62,926 bases of DNA, filler included, from Reclinomonas americana ATCC 50394 (GCA_048213135.1; 4 parts of 3 records of this genome joined end to end with filler, not necessarily neighbours in it); one strand, 5' to 3'. Shown: positions 31,101-45,400, counted from the first letter of the whole stretch. Numbers and translations: made by a program. The notes: generated by a model not told the origin, from the letters alone.

Positions 31101-34100
31101 CGTGCCCATCTCGGCATCGACAGCGTACAGGAATTCGCTGCTCGTGGCCACACAGAAACCAAAGCAGACAGTGCCGCTGGTCGTGAAGTGCACCTCGCGC
31201 TCTCCCTCGCCCGTCTCCACCCACTGCAGGGCAACGTCGGTGGGCGAGGTGCGGAATCTTTGCGCGTCGACCACCGTCATTCGACTGCCGTCGCCCAGCC
31301 AGCGACCGGTGGTCCATTGTGAGTGCTCCTGCACCGAGAAAAATGCGATGAGTATGGGCAAGAGACAGAACGACAGCTATCCAGGGACGCAACAGGCACA
31401 GGAATCGCCGGATCCGTGGGTTCGAAAATGAAGCGCAGCGGGAAGTTTTGCACAAACTCGAGGGTCGGCGGAGAGCCGTCTTGTGCCAAGAAGCTCAGAA
31501 TGCGGTGGCGCGGTTTGTCGTCCACATTGCGCTGAGGCGCGAGGCGCGCAGTCAGAGCCGGGAGCGACTGATGCACAGAGAGAGCCTCATGAAGGTTCAC
31601 TCACCTGGGTGAACACAACGAGCACGTACGGCTCGTAGAAGAATGCATTTTGCATGACACAGTTCGCCAGCTGCGGCGCGGTCACTGTGAACTCACTCGT
31701 GACCTGCGCAAGCGAGTGAGATTTTACAATGTTCGACTGGCAGCGACCTGCCATTTTTGTCCACGCTCACCTGCAGCGTTTCCTTGTCAACCTTGCGACT
31801 GCGACGAAAAGGGCAGTGAGGATGCAAGCTGCAACAAGCACGCAAAACAGAGTGCATCCGCACCACTTGACGCCAACTTGCCCGGCGACACGACTCGGGT
31901 AGTGCTCGCCAGGCCCGAACGACACCAGCATGAGGTCCCAGCCCAGCGAAAGGAGGATGGTGGACGAGGGCGCCTCTGCGCCACCAAGTTTAAAACAATA
32001 GAGTCAGCAACGGAAACGTGGCTGCGAGTAGCAACAGTCGCAACTGATTACGGCGCGATCAAACACCGCAAACGGGAACTCGCGACCAGTGCCCATCTTC
32101 AGCAACTCAACCTGTTCCACCCGCGCGCGCGTGGATCAAAAAAAACGGATGCACAAACCATTGACAAGAACTGTCTTCTTGCTCACCTCGCCACCGATCC
32201 GCGGCACACAGATGATCAGGAACGGGTCGAGGAATACGCACGTTGCGTGAGCGGCAGGATCGCGTCCGGTAATGGCAACCGGCAACATAGACTTGCCTGT
32301 TATATAGACAAAGAAATTTAGTGCATACGAAGCATACCACCGTTCACACTCTACATACGAACAAACCCTCGTACGACATCGAGGCCTTTGCGCTGACGAC
32401 TGACTCCATGAAACTTGCCACGTGCAGCTGCAGCAGATTCTGCACACTGTCGAGCATGTTGATTTCCTGCGATAGCGCCTCGGGATCGTGGGCTCTGCAC
32501 GGAATGCACATGTCAGCAGTAATCAACACACTGGCGACGACACGGTGCGTGCACAGCGCGCAACTGTTCCACCACGCGACGAATGCTGTTGGCCAAGAGG
32601 GTCGCCGAATCGGTGAACATGGTGCTGTTCGACACGGCACACGCAGCTCGACTCGTCAGCGTCTCGAGAGCCTGTGTGTAGACAGGCAGGAACCATTAGC
32701 AAACGACACATGCACATTAGTATGCACGCTCTCTCCTTCACACTCACCTGCCCGTCCGCAATATCCACAGCCAGCTGCAGCTGCAGTTCCGCGAGCTGCT
32801 CCATGGCGCGAGCGACAAACGCCTGCAAGCCAGAGGGCAGTCAGATGATTCGCAAGGTCACCACACTGCCGCCTGTCGAATCACCTTGCTGGTCGGGTCC
32901 ATCTTGTCGGACAGCAACGCCATTACTCCGCGCCGGTCGCTCATGGTGCCCGTGGGCAGCTACAAAATCACCGAACACAACTCAGTCGAGAAACGAGCAG
33001 CATAGAATTGGAAACACAAATACGCAACAACTCCCTGGGCACGCTTTCCGCGGAACGGCAGCAGACGCACGGAGCTGCCTTCGTGCAATCGCAGCGACTC
33101 ACGCGTGAGCTGCGCCGAGTACACGCCGGCCACCTACGCGGAGTACACTTGATCAACAGACAAACACACACGCTCAGCGCCTGCAAACACTTCCATCGCA
33201 CGCACCTTTTCGACCGGCAGCGGCCCGTTCAGGCGCAACAGTGCAAGATGGCCACACGACAGCGTCGGTGCATCGTTTGCCAACATCTCTACTCGCCGTC
33301 CTGCAGCACCGCCACCGAGAGCCTCAAAGGAAATCGGATCGAGATCGCCAAGCAAATCGAGCAGCATGCTGGCGTGATGCTGACTCTGTTGCGCCAGCGT
33401 ACGCAACACCTGTTCCGGATTCACCACGCCCGACAACTCGGGTGACGACCTGCACACGCGCGCAGCTGATGAGTGTAATGTACCAAAACTCGGGGGGGTT
33501 TTCCTGGTTGGCGACGCAACTTGCATGCGTGGCTCACGCGCAGCAGCAGTCGCGAGAGGGACTCGATCAGCAAACTGGTGCGCTCGGTCACCGACCCGTC
33601 GATCGACACCAGCATTTGAAGGGTGATGAATGCCGAATCCACTGCGGCAGGCGGTTGAGGGAAAGAAGCGGCGTGAAACGATAGAGAAGGAAGAGTAACG
33701 CACCGGCGGCCTGCAGCTCGTGGCGCAGCTGCGTGCACATCCACACTGGGGTCTGCGCGGTGCAAGCAGCAGCGGCCCGAATAAAATGCTCGCGAGCAAG
33801 CAGCAGTTGGCTCTTGGCTTTCGCAATGTGGCCGGCCACAAAATGAACCTGCCAGTATTATCCAGGGTGAGACGAGATCGCGAAGCACAATAATCCGGCT
33901 CCAGCCACCAACCTCCGTCGACTCCACGCTGGCGGCCAGCACACGCTGCACATCTCGACTGGCGTCGTCCAAGTTGGCGAGGGAAAATGACGCCCACGCA
34001 CGCCACACGAGAAGCGACGGGTGGTCGGCAAACTGTCGCAGCCTCTGGTTGGCGAGCACCAGTACGGCCGGGAAGTTGCCCATTTGCACCAGCGCCTGCA

Positions 34101-35024
34101 TGCGTCGCACGGACAGCGCCACTTGATCGGCTTCCGCCGAAGACGCCGCCGCAGACGTGTGGGATGGAGACTCGGCAGTGCCGGCCGTCTGCTGCAGCTG
34201 CTGCAGGTACTCGAGGATGTGGGGATGGCGAGCGGCGGCATCCATTAGCGTGGCGCCCGTGGCCTCGCTCACATGGATCGAAGCGCCGGCCGCCACCAAC
34301 ACCTTCACAGCCTCCAGACGATTGCACACAACAGCGTAGCTGCATGCATGCGAGAGAGAGAGAGAGAGAGAGAAAGGTGAGGGTGCGCGCGGAGAGGTAG
34401 AGAATCAATCAACCGGGCAGACAGCAATGCAACGCAACAAGAGCGGCGTTCGTGCCGCGCGCGTGTTGGCGCGAATGTCGATAATCTCCGGCGGGCACAG
34501 GCCGGTTTCGTCGTCCACAACGCTGGCCAGTAATACGTGCAACAGCGCCACATTTCCCGCCGCAGCGACATTGTGCAGAGCTGGAACACGGGGGGTGGTG
34601 GCGAGGTGGGGGGAAGGAAGGGAAAAGGGAACAGACAAAAATGTTGTGCAACTCACCACACATGCAATCGCCGTGCACCTGCCTCATCTTGGTGATCCAC
34701 GAGGCATCCAACAAGGTGGCCGCCGCCAGCTCCACCTTTCCTTCCTCACACGCCGTGAAGAACTCGGGAAACTTTCTCTCGTCCACGAAATCCGGCTTGC
34801 GAGTCATCTCAATGTCACTAATAATAGCACACACACAGCAACGAAATGTGAGTGACGAGTGTGCGGAGGACGACGCGACACGGCGGAACTTGAGCACGGC
34901 GGAGATATCTGATAACAACAACAGAATGAGCGCAGTCAACAAAGGCAAGTGCACGCAATGCACCCCTCTCACCGACTTGCATGACTTGCATGACGCGAAT
35001 GAAGCGATGGTCCTCCGCAGCCAT
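25172..35024 (-). CDS. Giant (>2000 aa) protein with N-terminal ankyrin repeats, TPR, long helical regions and a CUB-like segment; possible HECTD4/MYCBP2/ZZEF1-like E3-ligase scaffold (3' truncated, about 30 introns)
   Basis: Probable ATG at 35024 (MAAEDHRF). Ankyrin: ALHNVAAAGNVALLHVLL and RTPLFYAVVCNRLEAVKVLVAAGA. TPR: ALVQMGNFPAVLVLANQRL...RAWASFSLANLDDASRDVQRVL. Also LLKMGTG and ADVLEVRFDPEC motifs. No HECT or RING domain is visible, so the E3 call is inference. Confidence 0.7.
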
Positions 35025-35145
35025 GACACTGTGTGCGCGAATCGCCAATGGGTGACACAAAAGAGGGCAAGGGAACGGGAGGGAGAGAGAGAGAGAGAAA
35101 GGAGGAGCGACATGTCCCAATCCGGCACGGAAGAATCAAAGAACA

Positions 35146-35194
<49 letters not shown>

Positions 35195-35549
35195 NNNNNN
35201 NNNNNNNNNNNNNNNNNNNNNNNNNNNNNNNNNNNNNNNNNNNNNNNNNNNNNNNNNNNNNNNNNNNNNNNNNNNNNNNNNNNNNNNNNNNNNNNNNNNN
35301 NNNNNNNNNNNNNNNNNNNNNNNNNNNNNNNNNNNNNNNNNNNNNNNNNNNNNNNNNNNNNNNNNNNNNNNNNNNNNNNNNNNNNNNNNNNNNNNNNNNN
35401 NNNNNNNNNNNNNNNNNNNNNNNNNNNNNNNNNNNNNNNNNNNNNNNNNNNNNNNNNNNNNNNNNNNNNNNNNNNNNNNNNNNNNNNNNNNNNNNNNNNN
35501 NNNNNNNNNNNNNNNNNNNNNNNNNNNNNNNNNNNNNNNNNNNNNNNNN

Positions 35550-36124
35550 CTGGCGTCGACCTCTGCTGCTGTTGTGCCTCCATGATACGCTGCCGCTGCA
35601 GACGCGCCCTCCGCAGGCGCGTCATCGACGACGTTGCTGTCGATGTCGAATCGCCCGTCGACACATCATCATCGTCGTCATCGTCGTCATCCTCATCATC
35701 GTCGTCGCCGTCCGAGTCGTCGAAATCGTACGACTCGTCGTCGTCGGGGAAGGCCACATCGGTCAGATTTGTCGTCGACGACGATCCAGGGCGACGTCGC
35801 CGCTGCTGCGATGACGAAGGCGACGATTGCCTGTTGTGCTGCTGCTGTTGAGCGACTTGCACAACGGGGGTGAGTGACCAGGGCGCCTGGCGCTGCACGT
35901 GTGCGACGGGCGGCAGAGGCACAGGCACGGCATCGGCGACATGCCCACCCGCCGCAGGAGGAGGAGGAGGCGCACGACGAACGCTTCCTCCGCCAGCACG
36001 TGGTGGCGCAGGGCCTCCAGCGCCAGCAGTGGGAGGAGGAGGGAGAGGAGGGAGAGGAGGGCGCGAGGAGGCGCCTGGACCGGGAGAGTTGGCGGGAGGA
36101 GGCGAGGGTGATTGACCGCGCCCT
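35550..36124 (-). CDS. Internal exon encoding a Pro-rich / acidic low-complexity region; parent gene unknown
   Basis: Open frame after a CAG acceptor preceded by a CT-rich tract: PPLPPLPPPP...DDDESYDFDDSDGDDDD...RLRRARLQRQR. The contig is isolated between gaps and may be misoriented. Confidence 0.5.
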
Positions 36125-36318
36125 GATCGCGCGCAACAAGCGGCGAGTAGAGGGAGAGAGAGAGGGAGGGAGGGAGGGGGAGACGAGTGAGTAGAGGGTG
36201 AGAGATGGGAGGAGAGAGAGAGAGTGTGTGTGTGAGAGAAGAAGGCGTGTCCGCTCTGTAGCTGTGTGCGTGAGTGAGTGTGCCCCAGTGAGAGCAGAGT
36301 GAGCGTAAGGGTGCGTGT

Positions 36319-36364
<46 letters not shown>

Positions 36365-36468
36365 NNNNNNNNNNNNNNNNNNNNNNNNNNNNNNNNNNNN
36401 NNNNNNNNNNNNNNNNNNNNNNNNNNNNNNNNNNNNNNNNNNNNNNNNNNNNNNNNNNNNNNNNNNNN

Positions 36469-39400
36469 GGCCGAACCAATCGTCATTGCTCCAGGCGGTG
36501 GGCAAGCCGTCACGGTGCGTGGGTCCTCGGTTATCACGGGGACACTGGTGTATTTACTCGCCTCTCCAGGTTTCTGGTCAGCTGTCTGTGGGCGGAAGTG
36601 TGATTAGCAGCAGCAGTACCCTGTCGCTTGATTCAGCTTCATCGACTCTCTACCTGGGCTCCCGCACCGCGCCGTTCACCGTCACCAAGGGTGACCGCGC
36701 AGATGGTTCAGCTGCCGTCGACATCTCCATTCTTGGCCAACGCAGTCTGGATTCCACTGGCGGCAACATGTTGCGTTCCCAATCGTCGCAGCAGGTCTTG
36801 TGTCGATGATTACTCATTTTTCACTGTTGCGACGGCTCGTTGTTAGTATCATTGACGCTGGTGCCGGAATGAGTATTGCTGGTGTGGCGAGTCTCGGTGC
36901 GGCGAATGCATCCAAGGTTCGGCAGGCTGTCGTGCTTCTTCTGTGGGGCGCTTCTGATAATTATTGACCCCGTGCTGCAGACGATTGTGGGCAACGACGC
37001 TGGCACCACAGAGATTCACGGCGAAACCTCGATCGGCCGCACCGGCAGCAATCTCACTGTCAAGGGCAATCTCCTTATTCAGGGTACGGCGACGGTTGCC
37101 GGCGCGGCCATCTCCTGTGCCGTGTCTTGCAACTTTGACAACGGCATCATATCGGCGACCTCCGAACTGGTGCTTGGTGATCTCTCGCAGACGACGTTTA
37201 CCATTCGCCGCCCCAACGCGGTGGCGGCTGGCGTAGTTGGTGCCGACACGGTGATCCTGGCGGGCAAGGGAACCGCCACCAATGGACGGATTTTCATCGG
37301 CAGTTCCACGGATACGGCACAGGTACTGTGCTTCGCCTTCGTCGCGGGAGTTTCTTGTGACACTTACTCACCCATCTCTGGTCGCAGTTGATTCTGCGGT
37401 CGCAAACGTCGACTTCTGTGGACTCTGCTGGTACCCTCACGATGGGTGCCACGGCCACGTCGACCACTCTCGGTCGCATGGGAGGCACCTTGACGCTACT
37501 CGGCACGGTAAGCGGGCTGCTTGCGCTGCTTGTGTGTTCTTGCTGCCTTATCAACTCACACACTCGGTGCGCATGGCACGCAGGTGTCGGTTACCGGCGT
37601 GTTGCAAATCGGAGGGCTGATGGGCTCCCCCGGCAACTTGCAGCTGGATTCGGTCACCTCCAGAGTCGATCTCGGCAACGGCACCGCAGCCTTCACGCTT
37701 GGCCGCCCAACCTATAGCGGCGCGGGAATGGTCGCTACGACCACAACAATTGTTGGCCAGTCGATCGCCGCCGGAACTGGCGGAGACCTGTTGCGTTTGC
37801 TAAAGCACCAATGGTTATCTATCGCTGTCATTGACGCTTGGTGGACTTGTGCAGAGTGCTGAGTGGTGGTTCGGGAACCACCGCGCACGGTGCCGTTGTA
37901 CTGGGCTCAGCTTCAACGAGTGGAGTCAATGTTGTGAGTCCGCTGACCGTGGGTTCTGCTGCGGTACGTCGTCACAAAAGGCCTCTTGTGCGCAAGCCAG
38001 TTTTCGTCGTCTTCTAGTTGATGACATGTCTGTCGCCGCCGCAGGTGTCAAGCTCTCTTCAGTTCTCCACTGCCACAGCAGGACTGCTCCCATTTGCTTC
38101 CAGCATCTTTGTTGGACCTGCGGACGGTCTCGAGTATGTGATCACACGACCTGCCTCTTCCGGTGCCAATGTTCTGGGTGGCAGCATTCGGCTTGCGGCC
38201 TCCGCAGGCACGGGAACGAATGCGGTCTCGGGAAATGTTGTGCTTGGCTCGGCAGCCACGGCTGCGGTGTCTACTCAAGCTGTCAATGTTTTGCTCGACG
38301 CTTCCACTGCTGTCAAGATCGGCACCAATGTCTCGACCGGCCGTGTGGACATTGGAAGTGCCTCAACTCCAGTAACGATTTATGGAGCGGTGCGCATTAG
38401 TGTTGTGTGTGTATGCATGTGTGTATAGGCTTTGTTCTTGTGGTCTCCTGACTTTCCTCGCCTTCTGCAGCTCACGATCAATTCAGCACTGACGCTGACA
38501 AGTGATCTGATCGTGCCAAGCATCATTCGTACCACGGCGGCTGACCTGGTGTTGATACCGTCAACAGGCCGGCTCCTGTTTGGCACGGCAAGTGACACTG
38601 GTGATTATACAATCACGCGGCCGCGTCGCACAATGGCCACGGCCGGTGCCATGTACATTACAGGTCAAGATGCGGATGCAAGCTTCCAAGCCGGCTCGCT
38701 GTTGCGTGATCGAATTCCTTCCCGTGTTCCGAATTTCGTCATTCATGCACTCAGATGCCTCTGCATCTTAGGTATCTCGACGCCGGTAAAGGAGCTGGCA
38801 CTGCCGGAGCGGTGCAAGTTGGCGTCACAAACGCACTTGCTGTCAACATCGGCACCTCCACTTCAACGACCACAATTTCGTCGGCAACCACGCAGGTCCT
38901 GCGTGCCTCGTGAGCGTCTACCGACTTGTTGTTCTGGCGACGTGCTAACCTCGCATATGCACACGTGCAGATCTCGGGCAATCTGGTCTTGACATCCGCA
39001 TCACGCGTGCTGTTGTCGAGTGGGAGCACACTCATTCTGGGACCTGACGCCAACGACGAATTTGTGCTCAGTCGAAGCAACCGAGCGACCGTCGACACTA
39101 ACGGCGGGTCTATTCGGATTCAAGGTGGTCGCGGAAATGGTATTGGTGTGAATGGCAATGTTTTCATCGGTGCAGTGGGCAACGCCACTCCGCAGGTGCG
39201 TGGCAATCGTGGAGTCTATATCTTTTCACAATCTTACTCGTCGTGAATTGGCCGTCGTGCTGTAGGTTGGCTTGTTGGCCGGTGCAGTTGCGGTCACCGG
39301 CAGCACGTCGGTTACCCTGACGGCCCCGAGTGTCGTCCTTGGGTCGTCGACGAATGCGGTCTCCACCGCTGGATCGGTACGTTTGCCAATGTGTATATAT

Positions 39401-42400
39401 TTTGCGTGAAGTGTGCCTCACACTTCCACCTGTTTTGTGTATCACGTACAGTCGTTCTCTGTGCTTAAACCTGACAATTCTGCGGCATTTGCGGTGGCCC
39501 TCAGCGCTGGACAATGGTCACTGCAGTCTTCCGTGCGCGACGTGCAGTTGCTGGCGACCAACAGCTTATCCGTATCTGCTGATGGCGCCGCCGGTGTGAC
39601 GCTGTTGACGCTGTTAGCCGTGGATGCCAGTATCCAATCGACTTCCACTGTTTCAGTCACCGCTAAGACTTCGGCGACGCAGTTCAGCCAGCTCTTTGTG
39701 GATACTGTTGGACAGCAAATCGCTCTGCGGCGGCGCGATGCCACACTGGGCGATGTTGCTGTGCTGCTTGGCGGCACGGGATCGGGAACAAGCCTGCAGC
39801 TGTCTGGTCCGCAAGTGCAAATTGTCGGCACGACCAGTGTCAGCGCTTCTGTCGCTGGCGTCTCGGTATTGAGTTTGTCGTCGGGCACCGTTGTGCTTGG
39901 ACACACGTCGACAACTACGCTGNNNNNNNNNNNNNNNNNNNNNNNNNNNNNNNNNNNNNNNNNNNNNNNNNNNNNNNNNNNNNNNNNNNNNNNNNNNNNN
40001 NNNNGACACCATGCTCCCGGCAGACATGGCGCCCAGAGCCGACACACCGCCAGTCACCGCGAGACTAGCCGCAGTCAATGCTCCCGTCACACTGAGATCG
40101 CCGACAACAGACGAATTACCGACGACCAGGGCACCACCGTTGACAGCCGCAGCTCCAATGCACGTGAGGCTGCCAACAAGAACAGAACCCGACACGTTGA
40201 GCGTAGACGTGATCACTGTGGCGCCACTGACCGTCAGAGGTCCGCCCAGCAGAGAGGAGCCAGACAACACCGACAGCCCGTTGGCAATTGTCGCCCCTCC
40301 ACCGAGTTGCAACGATGCCAGTGAAGACAGATTACCAGTGACAGACAGCGTTCCGCCCACTGTCACGGCTTGCGCCGGAATCGANNNNNNNNNNNNNNNN
40401 NNNNTGGCGGCGCCATTAGTGCAGCTGGGCTGGTGTCTGCCAGCAACTTCACCACGGCTGGCACTGTCTCCGCCTCGACTATCGTGGCCAGCACCTTGGC
40501 CATTGGCTCGAATTTGAGTGCAGCGGGTCTCGTCAGCGCCAGCAATATTTCAACATCTGGCATGATCACGGGAGGCAGTTTGACTGTCGCTGGGTACATT
40601 TTTGCAAGCTCGGTCAGCACCTTCGGAGTTGTGAGTGGCGGTAGCGTCACCACGGTTGGGTCGCTTCAAGGTGGCAGTTTCAGCACTGGCGGCCCCATCG
40701 CTGCTCTTGGTGTGATAAGTGGCGGCAGCGTGACGACGGTGGGCACACTGCAGGGCAGCTCGGTCAGCACGTTCGGCGTGATCAGCGGCGGCAGCATCAC
40801 GACGGTGGGCACGCTGCAAAGCGGCTCAGTGAGCACGTTCGGTATTGTAAGTGGTGGTAGCATCACCACCGCTGGCTCGCTGCAGGTCGCAAGTATCAGC
40901 ACCCTCGGGAGCATTAGCGCTGGTGGTGTCGTAACTGGCGGCAGTGTGACGACGGCGGGCACAGTGCAGGGTCTGTCAGTCAGTGCGTCTGGTGTGATCA
41001 GCGGCGGCAGCGTAACGACGGTGGGCACGCTGCAGAGCGGCTCGGTCAGCACATTCGGTGTGGTTAGCGGCGGCAGTGTGACGACGGTTGGTTCGTTGCA
41101 GAGCGGCTCAGTCAGCACATTCGGTGTGGTCAGCGGCGGCAGTGTGACGACGGTGGGCTCATTGCAGAGCGGCTCAGTCAGCACATTCGGTGTGATCAGC
41201 GGCGGCAGTGTGACGACGGTGGGCACACTGCAGGGCAGCTCAGTCAGCACATTCGGTGTGATCAGCGGTGGCAGTGTGACGACTGTGGGCACACTGCAGA
41301 GCGGCTCAGTCAGCACATTCGGTGTGATCAGCGGTGGCAGTGTGACGACTGTGGGCACACTGCAGAGCGGCTCGGTCAGCACATTCGGTGTGATCAGCGG
41401 CGGCAGTGTGACGACGGTGGGCTCATTGCAGAGTGGCTCAGTCAGCACATTCGGTGTGATCAGCGGCGGCAGTGTGACGACGGTGGGCTCATTGCAGAGC
41501 GGCTCAGTCAGCACATTCGGTGTGATCAGCGGCGGCAGTGTGACGACGGTGGGCACACTGCAGGGCAGCTCAGTCAGCACATTCGGTGTGATCAGTGGTG
41601 GCAGTGTGACGACAGTGGGCACTCTGCAGAGTGGCTCAGTCAGCACATTCGGCGTGATTAGCGGCGGCAGCGTGACGACGGTGGGCACACTTGAGAGTGG
41701 CTCAGTCAGCACATTCGGTGTGATCAGCGGCGGCAGTGTGACGGCGGTTGGTTCATTGCTGAGCGGCTCAGTCAGCACATTCGGTGTGATCAGCGGTGGC
41801 AGTGTGACGACTGTGGGCACACTGCAGAGCGGCTCGGTCAGCACATTCGGTGTGATCAGCGGCGGCAGTGTGACGACGGTGGGCTCATTGCAGAGCGGCT
41901 CAGTCAGCACATTCGGTGTGATCAGCGGCGGCAGTGTGACGACGGTGGGCACACTGCAGGGCAGCTCGGTCAGCACATTCGGTGTGATCAGCGGCGGTAG
42001 TGTGACGACGGTGGGCGCACTGCAGAGCGGCTCGGTCAGCACATTCGGTGTGATCAGCGGCGGCAGTGTGACGACGGTGGGTTCATTGCAGGGCAGCTCA
42101 GTCAGCACATTCGGTGTGATCAGCGGCGGCAGTGTGACGACGGTGGGCTCATTGCAGAGCGGCTCGGTCAGCACATTCGGTGTGATCAGCGGCGGTAGTG
42201 TGACGACGGTGGGCACACTCCAGAGCGGCTCAGTCAGCACATTTGGTGTGATCAGCGGTGGCAGTGTGACGACGGTGGGTTCATTGCAGGGCAGCTCAGT
42301 CAGCACATTTGGCATGATCAGCGGCGGCAGTGTGACGACGGTGGGCACACTGGAGAGTGGCTCAGTCAGCACGTTCGGCGTGATCAGCGGCGGCAGCATC

Positions 42401-45400
42401 ACAACCGCTGGCTCGCTGCAGGTCGGGAGCATCAGCACTCTGGGTAGCATCAGCGCCGGCGGTGTTGTGACCGGCGGTAGCGTGACAACCGCTGGCACTG
42501 TGCAGAGTCTGTCTCTCAGTGCATCTGGCGTCATCAGCGGCGGAAGTGTGACCACTGTGGGCTCTCTGCAAGGAGGCAGCATCAGCACCCTCGGTGTGAT
42601 CAATGCCGGCGGTCTGATTACTGGCGGCAGCGTGACGACGGCTGGCTCTCTGCAAGGCGGCAGCATCAGCACCCTCGGCGTGATCAATGCCGGCGGTTTG
42701 ATTACTGGCGGCNNNNNNNNNNNNNNNNNNNNTTGGCACGCTGGAGAGTGGCTCAGTCAGCACATTCGGTGTGATCAGCGGCGGCAGCATCACAACTGCT
42801 GGCTCGCTGCAGGTCGGGAGCATCAGCACTCTTGGAAGCATCAGCGCCGGCGGCGTTGTGACCGGCGGTAGCGTAACGACGGCTGGCTCTCTGCAAGGCG
42901 GCAGCATCAGCACCCTCGGTGTGATCAACGCTGGCGGTCTGATCACTGGCGGTAGCGTAACGACGGCTGGTTCGCTGCAAGGCGGCAGCATCAGCACTCT
43001 TGGTGTGATCAATGCCGGTGGCTTGATTACCGGCGGCAGTGTGACGACCGCTGGTTCGCTGCAAGGCGGCAGCATCAGCACTCTCGGTGTGATCAATGCC
43101 GGTGGCCTGATTACTGGCGGCAGTGTGACGACAGCCGGTAATCTGCAAGGCGGCAGTGTCAGCACCCTCGGCGTGATCAACGCTGGCGGTCTGATCACTG
43201 GCGGTAGCGTAACGACGGCTGGTTCGCTGCAAGGCGGCAGTGTCAGCACTCTCGGTGTGATCAATGCTGGCGGTTTGATTACGGGCGGTAGCGTGACGAC
43301 CGCTGGCTCTCTTCAAGGCGGCAGTATCAGCACTCTCGGCGTGATCAATGCCGGTGGTTTGATTACTGGCGGCAGTGTGACGACAGCTGGCACTGTGCAG
43401 GGCCTGTCTCTTAGTGCATCTGGTGTCATCAGCGGCGGCAGTGTGACCACTGTGGGCTCACTGCAAGGCGGTAGCGTCAGCACTCTCGGCGTGATTAACG
43501 CTGGCGGTCTTATCACCGGTGGCAGTGTGACGACCGCTGGTTCACTTCAAGGCGGCAGTGTCAGCACCCTCGGCGTGATCAATGCCGGTGGTCTGATTAC
43601 CGGTGGCAGTGTGACGACAGCTGGCACTGTGCAAGGCCTGTCTCTGAGTGCATCAGGAGTCATCAGCGGTGGCAGTGTGACGACTGTGGGTTCGCTGCAA
43701 GGCGGCAGCATCAGCACCCNNNNNNNNNNNNNNNNNNNNNNNNNNNNNNNNNNNNNNNNNNNNNNNNNNNNNNNNNNNNNNNNNNNNNNNNNNNNNNNNN
43801 NNNNNNNNNNNNNNNNNNNNNGACCGCTGGCTCGCTGCAAGGCGGCAGCATCAGCACCCTCGGTGTGATCAACGCTGGCGGCCTTATTACTGGCGGCAGT
43901 GTGACGACCGCTGGTTCTCTGCAAGGCGGTAGCATCAGCACTCTCGGCGTTATCAATGCTGGCGGTCTGATTACCGGCGGCAGTGTGACGACAGCTGGCA
44001 CTGTGCATGGCCTGTCGCTGAGTGCATTTGGCGTCATCAGCGGCGGCAGTGTGACGACAGCTGGTTCGCTGCAAGGCGGAAGCATCAGCACTCTCGGCGT
44101 GATCAATGCCGGTGGTGTGATTACTGGCGGCAGTGTGACGACCGCTGGTTCGCTGCAAGGCGGAAGCATCAGCACTCTCGGCGTGATCAATGCCGGTGGC
44201 GTGATTACTGGCGGCAGTGTGACGACTGTGGGTTCTTTGCAAGGCGGCAGCGTAAGCACCCTCGGCGTCATCAACGCTGGCGGTCTGATTACTGGCGGCA
44301 GTGTGACCACTGTGGGCTCACTGCAAGGCGGTAGCGTCAGCACTCTCGGCGTGATTAACGCTGGCGGTCTTATCACCGGTGGCAGTGTGACGACCGCTGG
44401 TTCACTTCAAGGCGGCAGTGTCAGCACCCTCGGCGTGATCAATGCCGGTGGTCTGATTACCGGTGGCAGTGTGACGACAGCTGGCACTGTGCAAGGCCTG
44501 TCTCTGAGTGCATCCGGCGTCATCAGCGGTGGCAGTGTGACCACTGTGGGCTCACTGCAAGGCGGCAGCATCAGCACTCTCGGTGTGATCAATGCTGGTG
44601 GCGTGATTACTGGCGGCAGTGTGACGACGGNNNNNNNNNNNNNNNNNNNNNNNNNNNNNNNNNNNNNNNNNNNNNNNNNNNNNNNNNNNNNNNNNNNNNN
44701 NNNNNNNNNNNNNNNNNNNNNNNNNNNNNNNNNNNNNNNNNNNNNNNNNNNNNNNNNNNNNNNNNNNNNNNNNNNNNNNNNNNNNNNNNNNNNNNNNNNN
44801 NNNNNNNNNNNNNNNNNNNNNNNNNNNNNNNNNNNNNNNNNNNNNNNNNNNNNNNNNNNNNNNNNNNNNNNNNNNNNNNNNNNNNNNNNNNNNNNNNNNN
44901 NNNNNNNNNNNNNNNNNNNNNNNNNNNNNNNNNNNNNNNNNNNNNNNNNNNNNNNNNNNNNNNNNNNNNNNNNNNNNNNNNNNNNNNNNNNNNNNNNNNN
45001 NNNNNNNNNNNNNNNNNNNNNNNNNNNNNNNNNNNNNNNNNNNNNNNNTCGGCGTCATCAATGCCGGTGGTCTGATCACTGGCGGCAGTGTGACAACCGC
45101 TGGCTCTCTGCAAGGCGGCAGCGTAAGCACTCTCGGTGTGATCAATGCCGGTGGTGTGATCACTGGCGGCAGTGTGACGACAGCTGGTTCTCTTCAAGGC
45201 GGCAGCGTCAGCACTCTTGGCGTCATCAGTGCCGGTGGCCTGATTACCGGCGGCAGCGTGACGACGGCTGGTTCGCTGCAAGGCGGCAGTATCAGCACCC
45301 TCGGCGTGATCAATGCCGGTGGTCTGATTACTGGCGGGGGTGTGACGACAGCTGGTTCTCTGCAAGGAGGCAGCGTCAGCACCCTCGGCGTGATCAATGC

